DNA from: Macrostomum lignano
Lineage: Eukaryota
Length of the DNA: 64,000 nt
Assembly (NCBI GenBank): GCA_002269645.1
Contig: NIVC01000714.1
Location: 310,001 to 374,000 of the forward strand
Reading direction: 5' to 3'
Shown: one piece after another, positions 42,301 through 55,475 of the stretch
Layout of the letters: each line of letters starts with the position of its first letter
How positions within the stretch are numbered: the stretch's first letter is position 1
The notes under the pieces: generated by a model
Seen by the model: only the letters and a program-made list of their open reading frames with translations
What the model was told of the DNA's origin: nothing
Databases searched by the model: none
Program-made: the position numbers and the translations under genes

Positions 42301-45300
42301 ATTGAGAATCGCCCCTAATCTACATTGAGAATCGCCCCTAATCTATATTGAGAATCGCCCCTAATCTACATTGAGAATCGCCCCTAATCTATATTGAGAA
42401 TCGCCCCTAATCTACATTGAGAATCGCCCCTAATCTATATTGAGAATCGCCCCTAATCTACATTGAGAATCGCCCCTAATTTACATTGAGAATCGCTCCT
42501 AATCTATATTGAGAATCGCCCCTAATCTACATTGAGAATCGCTCCTAATCTACATTGAGAATCGCCCCTAATCTATATTGAGAATCGCCCCTAATCTACA
42601 TTGAGAATCGCCCCTAATCTACATTGAGAATCGCTCCTAATCTACATTGAGAATCGCCCCTAATCTGCATTGAGAATCGCCCCTAATCTACATTGAGAAT
42701 CGCTCCTAATCTACATTGAGAATCGCCCCTAATCTACATTGAGAATCGCTCCTAATCTATATTGAGAATCGCCCCTAATCTACATTGAGAATCGCCCCTA
42801 ATCTACATTGAGAATTGCCCCTAATCTATATTGAGAATCGCCCCTAATCTGCATTGAGAGTCGCCCCTAATCTATATTGAGAATCGCTCCTAATCTATAT
42901 TGAGAATCGCCCCTAATCTATATTGAGAATCGCCCCTAATCTATATTGAGAATCGCTCCTAATCTATATTGAGAATTGCCCCTAATCTACATTGAGAATC
43001 GCCCCTAATCTACATTGAGAATCGCCCCTAATCTATATTGAGAATCGCCCCTAATCTACATTGAGAATCGCTCCTAATCTACATTGAGAATCGCCCCTAA
43101 TCTATATTGAGAATCGCCCCTAATCTATATTGAGAATCGCCCCTAATCTATATTGAGAATCGCCCCTAATCTATATTGAGAATCGCCCCTAATCTATATT
43201 GAGAATCGCCCCTAATCTATATTGAGAATCGCCCCTAATCTGCATTGAGAATCGCCCCTAATCTACATTGAGAATCGCCCCTAATCTATATTGAGAATCG
43301 CCCCTAATCTATATTAAGAATCGCCCCTAATCTACATTGAGAATCGCCCCTAATCTACATTGAGAATCGCCCCTAATCTACATTGAGAATCGCCCCTAAT
43401 CTGCATTGAGAATCGCCCCTAATCTGCATTGAGAATCGCCCCTAATCTGCATTGAGAATCGCCCCTAATCTACATTGAGAATCGCTCCTAATCTACATTG
43501 AGAATCGCCCCTAATCTATATTGAGAATCGCCCCTAATCTGCATTGAGAATCGCCCCTAATCTGCATTGAGAATCGCCCCTAATCTACATTGAGAATCGC
43601 TCCTAATCTACATTGAGAATCGCTCCTAATCTACATTGAGAATCGCCCCTAATCTATATTGAGAATCGCCCCTAATCTATATTGAGAATCGCCCCTAATC
43701 TACATTGAGAATCGCCCCTAATCTATATTGAGAATCGCCCCTAATCTGCATTGAGAATCGCCCCTAATCTGCATTGAGAATCGCCCCTAATCTATATTGA
43801 GAATCGCCCCTAATCTGCATTGAGAATCGCCCCTAATCTACATTGAGAATCGCCCCTAATCTATATTGAGAATCGCCCCTAATCTATATTGAGAATCGCC
43901 CCTAATCTATATTGAGAATCGCCCCTAATCTATATTGAGAATCGCTCCTAATCTATATTGAGAATCGCCCCTAATCTGCATTGAGAATCGCCCCTAATCT
44001 ACATTGAGAATCGCCCCTAATCTACATTGAGAATCGCCCCTAATCTATATTGAGAATCGCCCCTAATCTATATTGAGAATCGCCCCTAATCTACATTGAG
44101 AATCGCCCCTAATCTACATTGAGAATCGCCCCTAATCTATATTGAGAATCGCCCCTAATCTGCATTGAGAATCGCCCCTAATCTGCATTGAGAATCGCCC
44201 CTAATCTGCATTGAGAATCGCCCCTAATCTGCATTGAGAATCGCCCCTAATCTACATTGAGAATCGCTCCTAATCTACATTGAGAATCGCTCCTAATCTA
44301 CATTGAGAATCGCCCCTAATCTATATTGAGAATCGCCCCTAATCTATATTGAGAATCGCCCCTAATCTACATTGAGAATCGCCCCTAATCTATATTGAGA
44401 ATCGCCCCTAATCTGCATTGAGAATCGCCCCTAATCTGCATTGAGAATCGCCCCTAATCTACATTGAGAATCGCCCCTAATCTATATTGAGAATCGCCCC
44501 TAATCTATATTGAGAATCGCCCCTAATCTACATTGAGAATCGCCCCTAATCTATATTGAGAATCGCCCCTAATCTGCATTGAGAATCGCCCCTAATCTGC
44601 ATTGAGAATCGCCCCTAATCTACATTGAGAATCGCCCCTAATCTACATTGAGAATCGCCCCTAATCTACATTGAGAATCGCCCCTAATCTATATTGAGAA
44701 TCGCTCCTAATCTATATTGAGAATCGCCCCTAATCTATATTGAGAATCGCCCCTAATCTATATTGAGAATCGCCCCTAATCTACATTGAGAATCGCCCCT
44801 AATCTACATTGAGAATCGCCCCTAATCTACATTGAGAATCGCCCCTAATCTATATTGAGAATCGCCCCTAATCTGCATTGAGAATCGCCCCTAATCTGCA
44901 TTGAGAATCGCCCCTAATCTACATTGAGAATCGCCCCTAATCTACATTGAGAATCGCCCCTAATCTACATTGAGAATCGCCCCTAATCTATATTGAGAAT
45001 CGCTCCTAATCTATATTGAGAATCGCCCCTAATCTATATTGAGAATCGCCCCTAATCTATATTGAGAATCGCCCCTAATCTACATTGAGAATCGCCCCTA
45101 ATCTACATTGAGAATCGCCCCTAATCTACATTGAGAATCGCCCCTAATCTACATTGAGAATCGCCCCTAATCTATATTGAGAATCGCTCCTAATCTATAT
45201 TGAGAATCGCCCCTAATCTATATTGAGAATCGCCCCTAATCTATATTGAGAATCGCCCCTAATCTACATTGAGAATCGCCCCTAATCTATATTGAGAATC

Positions 45301-45342
45301 GCCCACGCTAATCTGCATTGAGAATCGCCCCTAATCTATATG
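39304..45342. repeat. 6-kb intronic 21-bp satellite (ATTGAGAATCGCCCCTAATCT[AT/AC/GC])
   Basis: ~285 monomers by length; 25-bp CCGT-insertion variant confined to ~40350-41700. Confidence 0.98.
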
Positions 45343-45742
45343 GAGAATCGCCGAGCCACTCACAGCCACCACAATGTTCTACAAGTATTCAGAGTGTATT
45401 CTCCTACTCTATAAAATTGAATTTTTAAAGTCAATCATCGCGAATTCGAAAATTATCGAAGCCAAACTTAATTTGCATTTGGATGCGGGTGAAGTAATGA
45501 TAGCAAGACACGAGATCCGAAATTCATTCTACGAGTCAGCGGTCTGCTTTCGCTGATAACCAACCAACAATGATGTTGGTTTCTTTCGATTCTTTTTAGT
45601 CTTTTGCATTTTCTATAGACTGTCGTCTATAGCGATTCGCGTAAATATGTTAAAATGTGCCTAATTATCATAAATGCTGAGCTGCATATTAGAATGCTGA
45701 TGTGAATAGAAGATTCGCTTACCAGCATAATTTTCCATTTGG

Positions 45743-46500
45743 AGAATCGCCCCCTAAGAGCGTCATAGAGAATCGCCCCCTAAGAGCGTCATAGAGAATC
45801 GCCCCCTAAGAGCGTCATAGAGAATCGCCCCCTAAGAGCGTCATAGAGAATCGCCCCCTAAGAGCGTCATAGAGAATCGCCCCCTAAGAGCGTCATAGAG
45901 AATCGCCCCCTAAGAGCGTCATAGAGAATCGCCCCCTAAGAGCGTCATAGAGAATCGCCCCCTAAGAGCGTCATAGAGAATCGCCCCCTAAGAGCGTCAT
46001 AAAGAATCGCCGCCTAAGAGCGTCATAGAGAATCGCCCCCTAAGAGCGTCATAGAGAATCGCCCCTGATAAGCATCATAGAGAATCGCCCCCTAAGAGCG
46101 TCATAGAGAATCGCCCCTTATAAGCATCATAGAGAATCGCCCCCTAATAGTGTCATAGAGAATCGCCCCTTAAAAGCGTCATAGAGAATCGCCCCCTAAA
46201 ACGTCATAGAGAATCGCCCCTTAAAAGCGTCATAGAGAATCGCCCCTTAAAAGCGTCATAGAGAATCGCCCCCTAAAAGCGTCATAGAGAATCGCCCCTT
46301 AAAAGCGTCATAGAGAATCGCCCCCTAAAAGCGTCATAGAGAATCGCTTACTAAAAGCGTCATAAAGAATCGCCCCCTAAAAGCGTCATAGAGAATCGCC
46401 CCTTAAAAGCGTCATAGAGAATCGCCCCCTAAAAGCGTCATAGAGAATCGCTTCCTAAAAGCGTCAGAGAATCGCCCCAAAACCGTCATAGAGAATCACC
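45743..46500. repeat. 22-bp satellite (AGAGAATCGCCCCCTAAGAGCGTCAT), sister of the 21-bp array
   Basis: Shares the core GAGAATCGCCCC. Confidence 0.95.
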
Positions 46501-46611
46501 CCAAAACCGCCCTAGAGCATCGCTCCTGTCATTGAGAATCGTTGCGTAGATATTATGCACTGCTTGAAGACAACGGAATTTCCACGGGTTTTCCATTGCC
46601 CACCCCGCCAG

Positions 46612-46778
46612 CCCGCAGGCCCTGCCGAGAGCGCAGCGGAGTCAGCCGCAATCGGACTGTACCTGGACGGGCCCTGGCTAAGCGGCTCGAGCTGTACAGC
46701 GTGAAGAAAATTGAATTCAGTCTGGCTGAGCAGATGAACCAGATGTGGTTGGAATATGCCAAGGACTGCCTGGGGCAG
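46612..46778 (+). CDS. POP4: RNase P/MRP protein subunit p29, exon 2
   Basis: CCCCGCCAG acceptor, GTAAAG donor, phase 1/0; AKRLELYSV...FSLAEQMNQMWLEYAKDCL matches RRELRLFDI...YSLFLPLHELWKQYIRDL. Confidence 0.8.
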
Positions 46779-47231
46779 GTAAAGTTTACCAACTTGCCCT
46801 AATCCTCATCAGATCAAAGATCATACTTCCCATAATCTCCAGTGGAATAAAGATCACAACTTTTGCATTGCAGTTTATTAAAGATCCCAATTCCCAAAAT
46901 CCCCAAGATATTAAAGATTCCAACTTCCCCTAATCCCAGGACAATAAAGATACCACTTTCCATAATCCCAATCGGATTAAAATCCCACTTCTCTTAATTC
47001 CCATCAGATTAAATATCCCAAGTTCCTTAATCCTCATCAGGTTAAAGATCCCAAGTTCCTCCAATCCTCATCAGGTTAAAGATCCCAACTTCCTCTAATC
47101 CTCATCAGGTTAAAGATCCCAAGTTCCCTTAATCCCCGTCAGATTAAATATACCAAGTTCCCCAATCCTCATCAGGTTGTAGATCCTAACAAAGCGCAAA
47201 ATCCCACAATTTCCCACTATGATCCCCACAG

Positions 47232-47654
47232 CAACTGGATCGACTCAATGCCGCCGATTCTTCATCAACCGTTAAGCATCAGCAGCAGCTTCTCCAGCAG
47301 CTTTCCGAGGCCGCGCTCCGCCTGGACCTCACCGGAGCTCAAATGCTCGTCGCCCACGCCAGCACAGCCTCCCAGATTGGCCTGTCTGGCATCTGCGTGA
47401 TAGAGACAAAGCTCAGCTTCCGTCTGGCCGCTCCGCCGCACGGCCGAGTGCTGACTATCCCGAAGGTGGGCACCACGCTGCACGTTGAACTCGGCTCGGT
47501 TCGGCTGACCCTGTTCGCCTCCCAGCTGACTGTCCGGCCGGCAGAGCGGGCCACGAAACGCTTTCGCAGCGGCCAGCGACCTCCGCTGGTGCACTTTGAC
47601 AGCCTGCTGGAGAAGGCGGCCGCTGATGCTGCTGTCTCCACTTTGCGATGCTGA
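47232..47654 (+). CDS. POP4: RNase P/MRP protein subunit p29, exon 3
   Basis: CCCCACAG acceptor phase 0; RLDLTGAQMLV..S..SQIGLSGICVIETK..F......IPK....RPAERATKRFR matches the Rpp29 domain KADLHGA...VGITGILLQETK...IPK...RSSERSAKKFK. Confidence 0.9.
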   Translation, partial: QLDRLNAADSSSTVKHQQQLLQQLSEAALRLDLTGAQMLVAHASTASQIGLSGICVIETKLSFRLAAPPHGRVLTIPKVGTTLHVELGSVRLTLFASQLTVRPAERATKRFRSGQRPPLVHFDSLLEKAAADAAVSTLRC

Positions 47655-47689
47655 CTAAATGACAGCTGAGTGACAGGCTTACACTTGGC

Positions 47690-48205
47690 ACTGGAGAGTC
47701 ACTCTTAAAACCTGAGAGTCACTCTGAGAACTTGAGAGTCCCTCTGAGAACTTGAGAGTCTCTCTGAGAACTTGAGAGTCTTTCTGAAAATTACGAGTCG
47801 CTCTGAGAACTTACGAGTCACTCTGAGAACTTACGAGTCGCTCTGAGAACTTACGAGTCGCTCTTAGAACTTGAGTCACTCTGAAAACTTGAGTCACTCT
47901 GAGAACTTGAGAGTCACTCTGAAAACTTGAGAGTCACTCTGAGAACTTGAGAGTCACTCTGAGAAATTACGAGTCGCTTTGAGAACTTACGAGTCGCTCT
48001 GATAACTTACGAGTCACTCTGAGAAATTGAGAGTCACTCTGAAAACTTGAGAGTCACTCTGAGAACTTGAGAGTCACTCTGAGAAATTACGAGTCGCTTT
48101 GAGAACTTACGAGTCGCTCTGATAACTTACGAGTCACTCTGAGAAATTGAGAGTCACTCTTAGATCTACAGAGTCACTCTAAGAACTAGGGAGTCACTCT
48201 CAGAA
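47690..48205. repeat. 20-bp minisatellite (GAGAGTCACTCTGAGAACTT)
   Basis: Direct inspection. Confidence 0.9.
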
Positions 48206-48679
48206 CTAAGAAGTAACGCATTTATTTACCTGTTCAGGCTAATAATAAATGTTAATCAATACTTTACATTATTCAATAGGCTATTTAACATTTTGTCTGT
48301 CCCATTACAAGCAAAATCAAACACCAGTGAGCACCACCAGTGAGCTCTTATCTTTAAAGACTTTAAAATCAAAGGAGCGTTGAGAAAACGTGTCTGTTTT
48401 TCTAATTATTTTTCTTTCTTTAAAAGCTACCTTTCTTTAAAAGTAATTACCTTTGCGCGACAGATAGTGAGCTCCCAGCAGACCTAAAAATTGGATTTGG
48501 AAACCCCCGCGGGCCTATGGATAATTCATATAATTTGGTGATTAGGCATGTCGAGGCCCTGAAAAGATAATTAGTTCTATTAAAGATGAACCGAATCTGA
48601 TTTGAAATGATTTTTGCAAAAATGTGAGAGCAACCTGCCCAGTTTATTCTTGTGTGATAGTTTATTGTTTATTGATTTG

Positions 48680-49105
48680 TTTTAGGTAAGGTTTTTGTTT
48701 TTGTTTTAGTTCAGGTCTGCGTTTAGTTTTAGGTCAGGTTCGAATTCAGTTTAAGTTTAGGTCTGAGTCTAGTTTTGGTCAGGTTTTTGTTTAGGTTTAG
48801 ATCAGGTTTGGATTTAGTTTTAAGGTTCAGGTTTTAGTTTAGGTTTAGGTCAGGTTCGAATTCAGTTTAAGTTTAGATCTGAGTCTAGTTTTGGTCAGGT
48901 TTTAGTTTAGGTTTAGATCAGGTTTGGATTTAGTTTTAAGGTTCAGGTTTTAGTTTAGGTTTAGGTCAGGTTTGGATTTAGTTTTAAGGTTCAGGTTTTA
49001 GTTTAGGTTTAGGGCAGGTTTGAGTTTAGGTCAGGTTTGGGTTTAGGTCAGATTTTAGCTTAGGTCAGGTTTTAGTTTTGGTTTAGGTCAGGTTTGAATT
49101 CAGTT
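48680..49105. repeat. Degenerate (TTTAGG/TCAGGT)-like hexamer tract
   Basis: G/T-rich short repeats with an internal ~90-bp duplication. Confidence 0.7.
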
Positions 49106-49794
49106 TCAGTTCATGCTGAGTCTCTCGCCCAGTTTATGTTTTAGTTTTTTCAGTTTCCGTTGAGTATAAGCATCTCCCCATCGTACTGCCACATTTCCCA
49201 GCTCAGAACTCATAAACTCGCCAGAAAGGCAAGTTGACCAAAATTAGAAGGTCAGTGACTCCTTGGTCAAGTCGCTGGGATGCTTCTAATTAGATTTTTT
49301 CGCAGAGATTATTAGTTATAAGCCAAGTTAGTTAAGTCTATGCTCATGTAGTAATGGAATATTTATTATAGCTGCAATCTCGTTGCTCGAAGTAGCTTTT
49401 TGCTGGTAAGGCACTCGAGAGCCCAAGATCCAGTGTCCGTCCGCACACTGTGCAACCCAGTTTTCTCTGTCCGGTGTGTCCAGAACTTTCAGCCCATCCA
49501 TCCCCCATAGGGCCGGGATGCGATGTCCAATAGGGTTGGCCTGTTCTCGTTAGGAGGCTTATTTAAGATTGCCGGAGCCTTGCCGAGACAGCTAATCTCT
49601 AGCTCATCTCTGTAGAGTCTCTGATCAATTGAAAATCAGTTTAGAAACTTTCTTTACGAATCCATACAGATAGCGTTTCTCGCAGATTTGTGAAGTGAGT
49701 CCATTTTTACTTGTGTACTTTAGTTTGGCAAGTCCGGGAATTGTAGCTTTGGCTCCTTGTTATTACTTTAGTCCTACTCAATATGCCTCAGCCA

Positions 49795-50530
49795 TATACC
49801 TACCTGCCTGTCTACCTACCCGGTTAGCTACTTACTTGCTACTTACTTGCTTACTTGCTACTTACTATACCTACCTACTTATCTACCTACCTACTTGTCT
49901 GCCTACTTAACTATGTACCTACCTACCTACCAACCTACCAACCGATCTACCTGCCTACCTACCCATCTGCTTACTTAATGACACACCTACCTACCTACCA
50001 ACCTACCAACCGATCTACCTGCCTACCTAACCATCTGCTTACCTAATGACACCTACCTACCTATCTACCTACCTACCTACCTACCTACCTACCTACCTAC
50101 CTACCTACCTACCTACCTACCTACCTACCTACCTACCTACGAACCGATCTACCTGCCTACCTACCCATCTGCTTACCTAATGACACCTACCTACCTATCT
50201 ACCTACCTACCTACCTACCTACCTACCTAACTACCTACCTACCTACGAACCGATCTACCTGCCTACCTACCCATCTGCTTACCTAATGACATACCTACAT
50301 ACCTAACCTAACTACCTGCCTAACTATACATATCTACCTATACCGACCTACTACCTACCTACGAACCTAACAAATGATCTACCTACCCATCTGCTTACCT
50401 AAAAACCTACCTACTTATCTATCTGCCTACGTACCTACCTACCCAACCACCTACCTGTCTACCTACCTACATACTTATCTGCCTAACTACTTGGCTACTT
50501 ATTTACCTATCCGCTTGACTTACCTATCTA
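49795..50530. repeat. Degenerate (CTAC)n microsatellite
   Basis: Direct inspection. Confidence 0.9.
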
Positions 50531-50712
50531 ACTATCGATTAAAGATAAGCTACCTCAATGCCTTACTACAAAACTATAGTTATTGATATTAAATTATTTC
50601 ATAATTATCAGTTTATAAACTTTTTTTGCAGCCGCTAATTGGCCTAGCAACCGCTAGCAGCGTTCCTACAGCCTCGGCAGCCGCTGTAGGCGGTGCAAGC
50701 AATTAATTATTA

Positions 50713-50726
50713 GTTGCTATGGCAAC
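50713..50726. promoter_or_regulatory. RFX X-box match GTTGCT-AT-GGCAAC overlapping the TRPM ATG
   Basis: Exact fit to the 14-bp consensus GTHNYY-AT-RRNAAC. Confidence 0.35.
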
Positions 50727-51098
50727 AAATTGCGGCTCGATAGGCCGAGTTGGCAGTTTAACCAACGGTGTCGGCGGAAACGGACCCGACGGCGACCTGG
50801 TGTCGGTCTCCTCCAGCCAGGAAGAGGTGTGGATTGAAAGAAACATTCGCAAACGAGAATGCGTCAGGTTCGCGCCCGCGTCCTTGACAACCGGTGCGCA
50901 GCAGCAGCTGTGCCAGTGCGGTCGGGCATTTGCACAGCACCACAGCCTCGACCCCGGCTTAGCTGTCGGCTCCATGGCAGCCGCAGGCGGCGGAGCTGCC
51001 GGTGCAGCCTGGCGACCGGAGACTCACACTATTAGCTCGCCTACGGATGCGTACGGTGTGATTGAGTTTGCCAGCGGCCCGCACCCCACTATGGCCAG
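50719..51098 (+). CDS. TRPM: TRPM1/3-like cation channel, exon 1
   Basis: WIERNIRKRECVRF, CQCG, HT.S.PTDAYGVIEF; donor CAG|GTGAG phase 2. Confidence 0.88.
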
Positions 51099-51129
51099 GT
51101 GAGCCTGACAGCGAGGCCCGCTGGGAGAT

Positions 51130-51570
51130 CTTTGTGAGAGTCTTTTTATGACACTTGCGACTGTTGTGAGAAGTCTTGTGAGAGTCTCTAAAGACACTTG
51201 TGAGAGTCTATAAAGACACTTGTGAGAGTCACTGAAGACACCTGTGAGAGTCTCTAAAGACATTTGTGAGAGGCTCTAAAGACACTTGTGAGAGGCTCTA
51301 AAGACACTTGTGAGAGTCGCTAAAGACATATGTGTGAGTCTGAATCTGTAAAGACACTTGCGAGAGTCTCTAAAGACACTTGCGAGAGGCTTTAAAGACA
51401 CTTGTGAGAGTCTCTAAAGACACTTGCGAGAGGCTTTAAAGACACTTGCGAGAGTCTCTAAAGACACTTGTGAGAGTCTCTAAAGACACTTGCGAGAGGC
51501 TCTAAAGACACTTGTGAGAGTCTCTAAAGACACTTGAGAGAGTCTCTAAAGACACTTGCGTCTTTAAAGA
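51130..51570. repeat. 22-bp intronic minisatellite (GAGAGTCTCTAAAGACACTTG[T/C])
   Basis: Direct inspection. Confidence 0.9.
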
Positions 51571-51615
51571 CTAAAGACTATATATCTGCATTCTCCTGTC
51601 TCACTACCGCCGTAG

Positions 51616-51889
51616 GTACATCCGGGTGGCTGAGGACACGGACCCGGCCCTGCTACTGCACGTGCTCACAAACGTTTGGCGCCTGCCGCTGCCAAAGCTG
51701 GTGCTTAGCGTTCACGGCGGCATGCAAAATTTTGAGCTGCAGCCCAGGCTTAGGCAGCTGGCTTTGAGCGGCCTGCTTAAAGCTGCTAAGACCACCGACG
51801 CATGGCTTATCAGCACCGGCCTCGACAACGGCGTCTCCAGGCTGGTGGGCGAGGCCATCGGGGAGGAGGCGCGGGCCAGGGAGAATCGG
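51616..51889 (+). CDS. TRPM: TRPM1/3-like cation channel, exon 2
   Basis: YIRVAEDTDP...WRLPLPKLVLSVHGGMQNFELQP...GLLKAAKTTDAW; CGTAG acceptor, GTGAGT donor, phase 2/0. Confidence 0.95.
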
Positions 51890-52129
51890 GTGAGTGCTCT
51901 TTTCTGGTTCAAGGTCGGGTCATAGATGGGTCAGGGTTGAGTCATGGATGGGTCAAGATTGAGTCATGGGCAGGTCAGGGTTGTGTCATACATGGGTCAG
52001 GGTTGAGTCAGGGATGGGTTAATTTCAGGTCGTTGATGCGTCGTAGTTTGGGTCAGTGGAAGGTCATTGACATGTCAAAGATAAGTCAGGGATGAGTTGA
52101 GAGCTGGGTCAAGTCAAAGCTGGTTTAAG

Positions 52130-53880
52130 ATAGGGTCAGAGATGGGTCATAATAGGGTCCAGGAGATGGGCCAATATAGGGTCAGAGATGGGTCAAGATA
52201 GGGTCAGAGATGGGCCAATATAGGGTCAGAGATGGGTCAAGATAGGGTCAGAGATGGGTCAATATAGGGTCAGAGATGGGTCAATATAGGGTCAGAGATA
52301 AGTCAATATAGGGTCAGAGATGGGTCAATATAGGGTCAGAGATAAGTCAATATAGGGTCAGAGATGGGTCAATATAGGGTCAGAGATGGGTCAATATAGG
52401 GTCAGAGATGGGTCATGATAGGGTCCAGGAGATGGGTCAATATAGGGTCAGAGATGAGTCAAGAAAGGGTCAGAGATGAGTCAAGAAAGGGTCAGAGATG
52501 AGTCAAGAAAGAGTCAGAGATGAGTCAAGAAAGAGCCAGAGATGAGTCAAGAAAGGGTCAGAGATGAGTCAAGAAAGAGTCAGAGATGAGTCAAGAAAGA
52601 GCCAGAGATGAGTCAAGAAAGGGTCAGAGATGAGTCAAGAAAGGGTCAGAGATGAGTTATGATAGGGTCAGAGATGGGCCAATATAGGGTCAGAGATGGG
52701 TCAAGATAGGGTCAGAGATGGGTCAATATAGGGTCAGAGATGGGTCAATATAGGGTCAGAGATAAGTCAATATAGGGTCAGAGATGGGTCAATATAGGGT
52801 CAGAGATGGGTCAATATAGGGTCAGAGATAAGTCAATATAGGGTCAGAGATGGGTAAAGATAGGGTCAGAGATGGGTCAATATAGGGTCAGAGATGGGTC
52901 ATGATAGGGTCCAGGAGATGGGTCAATATAGGGTCAGAGATGAGTCAAGAAAGGGTCAGAGATGAGTCAAGAAAGAGTCAGAGATGAGTCAAGAAAGAGC
53001 CAGAGATGAGTCAAGAAAGAGCCAGAGATGAGTCAAGAAAGGGTCAGAGATGAGTCAAGAAAGGGTCAGAGATGAGTCAAGAAAGAGCCAGAGATGAGTC
53101 AAGAAAGGGTCAGAGATGAGTCAAGAAAGAGTCAGAGATGAGTCAAGAAAGAGCCAGAGATGAGTCAAGAAAGGGTCAGAGATGAGTCAAGAAAGGGTCA
53201 GAGATGAGTTATGATAGGGTCAGAGATGGGCCAATATAGGGTCAGAGATGGGTCAAGATAGGGTCAGAGATGGGTCAATATAGGGTCAGAGATGGGTCAA
53301 TATAGGGTCAGAGATAAGTCAATATAGGGTCAGAGATGGGTCAATATAGGGTCAGAGATAAGTCAATATAGGGTCAGAGATGGGTAAAGATAGGGTCAGA
53401 GATGGGTCAATATAGGGTCAGAGATGGGTCATGATAGGGTCCAGGAGATGGGTCAATATAGGGTCAGAGATGAGTCAAGAAAGGGTCAGAGATGAGTCAA
53501 GAAAGAGTCAGAGATGAGTCAAGAAAGAGCCAGAGATGAGTCAAGAAAGAGCCAGAGATGAGTCAAGAAAGGGTCAGAGATGAGTCAAGAAAGGGTCAGA
53601 GATGAGTCAAGAAAGGGTCAGAGATGAGTTATGATAGGGTCAGAGATGGGCCAATATAGGGTCAGAGATGGGTCAAGATAGGGTCAGAGATGGGTCAAGA
53701 TAGGGTCAGAGATGGGTCAATATAGGGTCAGAGATGGGTCAATATAGGGTCAGAGATAAGTCAATATAGGGTCAGAGATGGGTCAATATAGGGTCAGAGA
53801 TAAGTCAATATAGGGTCAGAGATGAGTCAAGAAAGGGTCAGAGATGAGTTATGATAGGGTCCAGGAGATGGGTCAATATT
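52130..53880. repeat. 22-bp two-monomer intronic minisatellite with higher-order blocks
   Basis: GGGTCAGAGATGGGTCAATATA and GGGTCAGAGATGAGTCAAGAAA blocks recur. Confidence 0.93.
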
Positions 53881-54044
53881 AACTGAGAAGCCAGTCAAGA
53901 TTGTGCCAATGTTAGATCGAAGATGGTTCATAAATAGGTCATGATGATTATCTTGTAGATGAGTCCATATCAGGATTCGATTTGAGTTTGGGTCAGGGAT
54001 GGGTCAGCCAAAGGTCGAACGAAAATGCAACTCCATTACTCCAG

Positions 54045-54464
54045 GTCTGCGCCATCGGCATCGCTCCCTGGGGCGTGATCCGGGACCGCGATCAGCTGCT
54101 CGGCCGGAGCCGCACCTGCAAGTACTTCGCCATCAGTTCGGCAGGCAAATCCCTGTCCGTGCTGAACAGGTACCACAGCTACTTCCTGCTGGTTGACGAC
54201 GGCCGGTGCGGCTCTTACGGCATCGAGTCGCAGCTGCGGCGCAATCTGGAGCGCTACCTGTGCAGCCTGCGCCTGTGCAAGTCGCACTTTGGCGTCGGCC
54301 TGGACCGGGTGCCAGTGGTTGCCACCCTGCTGGAGGGCGGCGCCAGCGCCTTCCGACTGCTGTTGGACCTGACTCTGGGCAGCCCGCCAGTGCCCGTTGT
54401 GGTCTGCGATGGCAGCGGCCGGGCTGCCGACATTCTGGCGTTTGTGCACAAGTACAGCGATCAG
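54045..54464 (+). CDS. TRPM: TRPM1/3-like cation channel, exon 3
   Basis: VCAIGIAPWG...LNRYHSYFLLVDDG...PPVPVVVCDGSGRAADILAF; CTCCAG acceptor, GTGAGG donor, phase 0/0. Confidence 0.95.
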
Positions 54465-54694
54465 GTGAGGGCGGCGGTGCTTTAACTGCTCACTCCGCTG
54501 ACTCCTGAGCACATGCAGGCGAGCCGATACTGTGCGCAGGCACGCACTCATGCACACGCTCACACAGGGTGTACAGTACAGTACTTTCTAATCGTCGGAC
54601 ATGTACACTTTGTGCTTTGCGGGATTGGCCATCCTTGGTGTGAATCGCATATGACAGCTAATCTTCGTGCACACATGCCCCAAAGGAACCAGGG

Positions 54695-55290
<596 letters not shown>

Positions 55291-55475
55291 CGTGTGCTTC
55301 TGTGTGTCCAATGAACTGTGGCCGCACGGAATATAACTGGCAGTCGTAGTGGTGGTCGAGAGTCAACTACGCGCTTGTCGCTGAGCTGCTCTGCCACGTT
55401 CGCAAGCCGTGAGTCTGGCAGCGAAATCGACTCAACTAGTGGATTTTCGAGTTTTGATTATGAAGCGAGGGATTA

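Noticed and set aside
39304-45342. CRISPR-like regular array
   Set aside because: Contiguous monomers with no unique spacers, eukaryotic context, no cas genes.
48680-49105. Interstitial telomeric repeat
   Set aside because: Units are mostly TTTAGG/TCAGGT with essentially no TTAGGG; better called a degenerate simple repeat.
49400-49680. Solo LTR
   Set aside because: No convincing TG...CA ends, TSD or second copy.
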